Source: the human T2T-CHM13v2.0 reference genome, Homo sapiens. Taken from it: DNA of 64,000 nt. A program made the translations under genes and the position numbers. Where the stretch lies: NCBI RefSeq assembly GCF_009914755.1, contig NC_060928.1; one strand, written 5' to 3'. Each line of letters opens with the position of its first letter. Within the stretch, counting starts at the first letter, position 1. The notes beneath the pieces are model-generated. The model was not told where the DNA came from, did no database searches, and was given only the letters and a program-made list of their open reading frames with translations. This document shows positions 53,476 through 64,000 of this stretch, in pieces.

Positions 53476-53799
53476 TCAGGGTTATAGTCACTGGTGCTTT
53501 TTGCATTTATCTATTTTCCTCGTGGGCTGTGAGCCCCTTGAGGGCAGGCCTGCTTCTTCCATCTTCTGTGTTTGCATCTCCTCTTTCAACACTTAGTACA
53601 TGGCCAATGCTCATGTCAATGTTTAATAAATGGATGAATCTGGTCCAACTCCTCCATTCTGCAGATGCAGAGAGGTTGTGCCTAACTTAGCAGAGCTGCT
53701 CCCCTAGCAGATTTCAAGAACAGGGACGTGAATCCAGAAGTAAAAATGCAGTGCGGGGTGACATTTCTCCTTTGTCTCCCTTTTCGATTGTTGGCCTGA

Positions 53800-53979
<180 letters not shown>

Positions 53980-56054
53980 TGAGTGTGGCTCCATCCAGGG
54001 CTCCTGTGGGTTCCCCTGTGGGGAGCCAAATGCAAATTCGCCTCTGCTAGAGGGACTCTTCCGCATTGTAAAGGGAAAGGGATGCAATTTTCTGGGTTCA
54101 GTTATTCTTAAGTATTTTGTAGAGTACATTTTCTGATGAAGTCTATAGGCATATGTTTCATTTTCATTTTAATTCTGTCCTCTTATCTGATGAATCAGAG
54201 TTGAAAATAAATGGAGAAGTGTTTTGCGTATTTGAGAAGATACGTGGAACGTTATAAGAGAATGCCGAAGATAGGCTACTAAAGGGAGTGGGGAGCTCAG
54301 TGTTTCAGAAAGTCACAGCCATACAGCTGATGGCAGGAAGGGCAACTGGAAACCAGTATTCTACTTCAGTACAGATGGCTGCCCATCACGGACGTACCAA
54401 ATTCGGAATTCTCTATCCTGCCCCCAAAACCTGCCATCACCCATGTTTCAGAACTTTCACTCCAACCCGTCCTTGGCTATTATCTTCACTTTAAATGTGC
54501 ATCCTAGAAACACATCCTGTTGGTGGTTCCCTGCCTCTGTGCTTTTGCGTGTGAAATATCTTCCTAAAACACTCACGTCCCCTTCTCCAGTGTCCCCTAA
54601 CCAACACCTGTGCATTCCTGGCACCCAGCTTAGGAAACCCTTAGGTCAAGAGCCCTTGAAGACCCACAGGCCAGCTGAGTGCCCCTCGCGACCTCAGTCT
54701 TCTCCTGTGTTTGACCTAATGCCATCTTTATCACAGTGAACCCAGGTTATTGGGTTACTTATCTGTCCTCACACAGAAATTGCTTGTTTCTGGGTAGTCT
54801 AACACAGTATCTGACACATTGGAGGGACTTAGCAAATGTTTCCTAAGCTGGATTGTGTTGAAGGGGAGAGGGAGGACAGGCCGCTTTAGGAAACAAATTC
54901 TGACCATTTCATTCAGCGGATCAGTTGACCCACTGACCTTAAGAGTTGGGATGGCCACCCTGGAGGGGTAAGTCTAGCTTTGCACATACTTGACCACCAC
55001 TGATTTCAGTTGCCCTGCACACTTAGAAGCACTTTGAACATTGGATGATAGGAGAACAAAGAGGAACACAGATTGTCCCATCTGAGAAAATCAAGGTGTG
55101 CGTGCCAGGTGCCACAGACATGGGCATTGCCATGGAGAAAACCCAAACCAAACCTTGTCTGCTGGAGTCTCAGTATCCACCGAGAGTTCTTCGTGTCTCT
55201 GTGCAGTGATCTAAAAACTTTGATTGTTTGGGAGAAATAAACCCCGTCATGTTTTGATTGCTATGCAAGGGAATTTTCTAAAGTAAATCTTTAATCCGAA
55301 CAGCAATATGTGTTCTTGGCAAAATATAGAAAATAAAATACGTCAGAAAACAAAAATTACCCAGAAGCTCTTCAGACTCAGATTAAATTTTGGTGTGTAA
55401 TTATTTTTATACTCCTTTTCTTGTATTTTTTTTCATATCAATGACATATAACTGTATGTGTTATTGATATATAAACATTCAGAGAAATTTTGTATTCCAT
55501 TTTCTGAATTAATATCTGGCGGGAGCGCTACCTCCTTGTTACTGCAAACTCTTTGTAAATCATTTTTAATGGCTACATAATATTCCACTAAGGAAAAGCA
55601 CAATAAGCCATCTAATCGAACCTTCATTCTGTCATGTGGGTTACTTGGGCTGTTTCTAATTATTTTGCCAATGTAAATACTGCTGAGATGATTATCTCTG
55701 AACCTGAAGTTTTTCAGGTGGGACTCCTTAAGGTGGACTAAGAAGATCAGATGCCTAGTGGAGCTTGTATGATGTATGTTAAAGGAAAGGAATGTGTTGG
55801 AGTAGCCTTTACTTAGGCACCTTTTTTTATTTTTATTTTTATTTTTATTATTATACTTTAAGTTTTAGGGTACATGTGCACAACGTGCAGGTTTGTTACA
55901 TATGTATACATGTGACTTGTTGGTGTGCTGCACCCATTAACTCGTCATTTAACATTAGGTATATCTCCTAATGCTATCGCTCCCCCGTCCCCCCACCCCA
56001 CAACAGTCTCTGGAGTGTGATGTTCCCCTTCCTGTGTCCATGTGTTCTCATTGT

Positions 56055-59870
<3,816 letters not shown>

Positions 59871-59933
59871 TATGATGTTAGCTGGTTATTTTGCTCGTTA
59901 GTTGATGCAGTTTCTTCCTAGCCTCGATGGTCT

Positions 59934-60951
59934 TTACAATTTGGCATGTTTTTGCAGTGGCTGATACCGGTTGTTCTTTTCCATGTTTAGTGCTTCCTTC
60001 AGGAGCTCTTTTAGGGCAGGCCTGGTGGTGACAAAATCTCTCAGCATTTGTTTGTCTGTGAATTATTTTATTTCTCCTTCACTTATGAAGCATAGTTTGG
60101 CGGGATATGAAATTCTGGGTTGAAAATTCTTTTATTTAAGAATGTTGAATATTGGCCTCCACTCTCTTCTGGCTTGTAGAGTTTCTGCCGAGAGATCAGC
60201 TGGTAGGTTGATGGGCTTCCCTTTGTGGGTAACCCGACCTTTCTCTCTGGCTGCCCTTAACATTTTTTCCTTCATTTCAACTTTGGTGAATCTGACAATT
60301 ATGTATCTTGGAGTTGCTCTTCTCGAGGAGTATCTTTTTGGCATTCTCTGTGTTTCCTGAATTTGAATGTTGGCCTGCCTTGCTAGATTGGGGAAGTTCT
60401 CCTGGATAATATCCTGCAGAGTGTTTTCCAACTTGGTTCCATTTTCCCTGTCACTTTCAGGTACACCAATCAGATGTAGATTTGGTCTTTTCACATAGTC
60501 CCATATTTCTTGTAGGCTTTGTTAGTTTCTTTTATTCTTTTTTCTCTAAACTTCCCTTCTCGCTTCATTTCATTCATTTCATCTTCCATCGCTGATACCC
60601 TTTCTTCCCGTTGATTGCAACGGTTACTGAGGCTTGTGCATTCGTCACGTAGTTCTCGTGCCGTGGTTTTCAGCTCCATCAGGTCCTTTAAGGACTTCTC
60701 TGCATTGGTTATTCTAGTTAGCCATTCGTCTAATTTTTTTTTTCAAGTTTTTTAACTTCTTTGCCGTTGCTTCAAACTTCCACCTTCAGCTCGGAGTAGT
60801 TTGATCTTCTGAAGCCTTCTTCTCTCAACTCGTCAAAGTTATTCTCTGTCCAGCTTTGTTCCATTGCTGGTGAGGAGCTGCGTTCCTTTGGAGGAGAAGA
60901 GGCACTCTGATTTTTAGAGTTTCCAGTTTTTCTGCTCTGTTTTTTCCTCAT
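59934..60951 (-). pseudogene. L1 ORF1, disrupted
   Basis: ATG at 60951; fragments MELKTTARELRDEC.. and ..KRPNLHLIGVPESD..; frameshifts and a premature TAA at 60132-60134. Confidence 0.93.
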
Positions 60952-61524
60952 CTTTTTGGTTTTATCTACCTTTGGTCTTTGACGATGGTGATGTACAGAT
61001 GGGTTTTTGGTGTGGATGTCTTTCTGTTTTTTAGTTTTCCTTCTAACAGTCAGGACCCTCAGCTTTAGGTCTGTTGGAGTTTAATGGAGGTCCACTCCAG
61101 ACCCCGTTTCCCTGGGTATCAGCAGCAGTGGCTGCAGAACAGCAGGTATTGGTGAACCGCAAATGCTGCTGCCTGATCGTTCCTCTGGAAGTTTTGTCTC
61201 AGAGGAGTACCCGGCCGTGTGAGGTGTCAATCTGCCCCTACTGGGGGGTGCCTCCCAGTTAGGCTACTTGGGGATCAGGGACCCACTTGAGGAGGCCGTC
61301 TGCCTGTGCTCATATCTCCAGCTGCATGCTGGGAGAACCACTACTCTGTTCAAAGCTGTCAGACAGGGACATTTAAGTCTGCAGAGGTTACTGCTGCCTT
61401 TTGTTTGTCTTTGCCCTGCCCCCAGAGGTGGAGCCTACAGAGGCAGGCAGGCCTCCTTGAGCTGTGGTGGGCTCCACCCACTCGAGCTTCCCAGCTGCTT
61501 TGTTTACCTACGCAAGCCTTGGCA

Positions 61525-61740
61525 ATGGTGGGCGCCCCTCCCCAAGCCTCGCTGTGGCCTTGCAGTTAGATCTCAGACTGCTGTGCTAGCAATGAGCGAG
61601 GCTTTGTGGGTGTAGGACCCTCTGAGCCATGTGCGGGATATAATCTCCTGGTGTGCCGTTTGTTGCGCCCATTGGAAAAGCGTAGTATTAGGGTGGGAGT
61701 GACCCGATTTTCCAGGTGCCGGCTGTTACCCCTTTCTTTG
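61525..61740 (+). pseudogene. L1 ORF0 remnant in the antisense promoter region
   Basis: ATG at 61525 reads MVGAPPQASLWPCS* (TAG ending 61569). The downstream frame still reads GVGPSEPCAGYNLLVCRLLRPLEKRSIRVGVTRFSRC, homologous to ORF0. Confidence 0.85.
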
Positions 61741-61966
61741 TCTGGGAAAGGGAATTCTCTGACCCGTTGCACTTCCCAGGTGAGGCGATGCCTCGCCCTG
61801 CTTTGGTTCACGCATGGTGTGCTGCACCCACTGTTCTGCACCCACTGTCCGGCACTCCCCAGTGAGATGAACCCGGTACCTCAGTTCGAAATGCAGAAAT
61901 CACCGGTCTTCTGCGTTGCTTACATTGGGAGCTGTAGACTGGAGCTGTTCCTATTCGGCCATCATC

Positions 61967-62273
<307 letters not shown>

Positions 62274-62629
62274 TAGGCACCATTTCTTGATCCTCTGTTC
62301 ATGGTCCTCAAGACACCAACAGATTAGTGACAGATGCCCTTTGGTTACATGACAGGGCTGGGTATATAAGAAAATTATCTGCAAATGTCAGCCTCTGGTG
62401 GCTTTTATTTTATTTCTATCATAAGCAAGAAAGGGGTGAGCCTACTGCTTGACTTTGGAGTCACCCCTCAGACTCTCTGGGCCTCAACTTCCTCACTTGT
62501 CATAATGACATAATAATGCCTTGTTTACCGCTAGGAGTGTTTTGAGAATTAACTGAAAAGAAGACATGAAAGTATATTTTCTGTAAGTAAAAATATTGTT
62601 CACCGTAAGAGGTTATATATGTGTGTATG

Positions 62630-63003
62630 TGTATTAGTTCACTCTTATACTGCTATAAAGAACTGCCCAAGACTGGGTGATTTATAAAGGAAAGAAGTTT
62701 AATTGACTCACAGTTCTGCGTGGCTGGGGAGGCCTCAGGAAACTTATAATCAGGGCAGAAGGCAAAGGAGAAGCCGGCACCTTCTTCACAGGGCAGCAGG
62801 ATGGAGTGAGTGCCAGTGGGGAAAATGTCAGATGCTTATAAAACTATCAGATCTTATGAGAACTCAGTATCACCAGAACAGCATGGGGGAAACCACCCTC
62901 ATGATTTAATTGCCTCCCACTAGGTCCCTCCCATGACATGTGGGCATTATAGGGATTACAGTTCACGATGCGACTTGAGTGGGGACACAGCCAAACCATA
63001 TCA
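62630..63003 (-). mobile_element. THE1D-like 3' LTR
   Basis: tgtattagttc..actgctataaagaactgccc...ggggacacagccaaaccatatca. Confidence 0.88.
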
Positions 63004-64000
63004 TTCTGCCCCTGGTCCCTCCCAGATCTCATGTCCTCACATTTCAAAGCACAATCATGCCTTCCCAACAGTCCCCCAAAGTCTTAACTTATTCCGGCAT
63101 TAACTCAAAAGTCCAAGTCCAAAGTCTCATCTGCGACAAGGCAAGTCCCTTCCACCTATGAGCCTGTAAAATCAAAAGCAAGTTAATTACTTCCTAGATA
63201 CAATAGGGTACAGGTATTAGGTAAATATACCCATTCCAAATGGGAGAAATTGGCCAAAACAGGGGGGCTACATGCCCCACACAAGTCCAAAATCCAACAG
63301 GGCAGTCATTAAACCTTTAAGTTCCAAAATGATCTCCTTTGACTTCATGCCTCACATCCAGGTCATGATGATGCAAGAGTTGGGCTCCCCAGGCCTTGGG
63401 CAGCTCTGCCTCTGTGGCTTTGCAGGGTACAGCCTCCTTCCCAGCTGTTTTCACAGGCTGGCACTGAGTATCTGTGACTTTTCCAGGTGCATGGTCCAAT
63501 TTGTCAGTGTATCTGCCATTCTGGGGTCTGGAGGACAGTGGCTGTCTTCTTACAGCTCCACTAGGCAGTGCCCCAGTGGGGACTCTGTGTGGGGGCTCTG
63601 CTCCCACATTTCCCTTCTGCATTGCCCTAGCAGAGGTTCTCCATAAGGGCTCTGCCCCTGCAGCAGACTTCTGCTTGGAGATCCAAGTGTTTCTATACAT
63701 CCTCTGAAATCTAGGCAGAGGTTCACAAACCTCAGTTCTTGATTTCTATGCATCCATATGCCCAACACCACATGTAAGCCACCAAGGCTTGGGGCTTGCA
63801 CCCTCTGAAACAACAGCCTGACCTGAACTTTGGCCTTTCTTAGCTACAGCTGGGACACAGGTCACCAGCTTTCAAGACTGCACAAAAAACAAGGCCCTGG
63901 GCCTGGCCCATGAAACTATTTTTCCCCCATAGGCCTCTGGGCCTGTGATGGGAGGGGCTGCTGTGAAGGTCTCTGACATGTCCTGGAGACATTTTCCCCA
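63004..64000 (-). mobile_element. THE1/MST internal sequence, running off the window
   Basis: Follows the LTR directly (polypurine tract ggggcagaa on minus). ORF 63317..63700(-) AGAEPLWRTSARAMQKGNVGAEPPHRVPTGALPSGAVRR is the typical THE1-int remnant. Confidence 0.88.

Noticed and set aside
63272-63813. Several 77-127 aa ORFs
   Set aside because: Degenerate THE1/MST internal sequence, not a host gene.

Overview
Primate (human-like) genomic DNA lying inside the STK32B (YANK2) kinase gene on the + strand. It holds two short coding exons: 25484-25539 (56 nt, [19 protein letters not shown]) and 53827-53978 (152 nt, [17 protein letters not shown]...HPFLVNLW). The rest is intron, dense in interspersed repeats: a near full-length, ORF-disrupted L1PA3/4-type element (55822-61966, minus) sitting in an Alu tail, older L1 fragments, three Alus, many MaLR/ERVL LTRs, L2/MIR relics, DNA transposons and tandem repeats. 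Almost all ORFs in the supplied track are spurious or repeat-derived. I found no convincing new multi-gene system. The best leads are: two orphan retroposed inserts of old-L1 sequence with their own TSD and poly(A); the antisense promoter of the long L1 pointing into downstream STK32B; a candidate 34-nt frameshifting cassette exon; a ~680-nt YCAY array; a GATA/ETS motif cluster; and a complex duplication inside an old L1. Repeat subfamily names come from recalled consensus sequences, and boundaries without a TSD are approximate.
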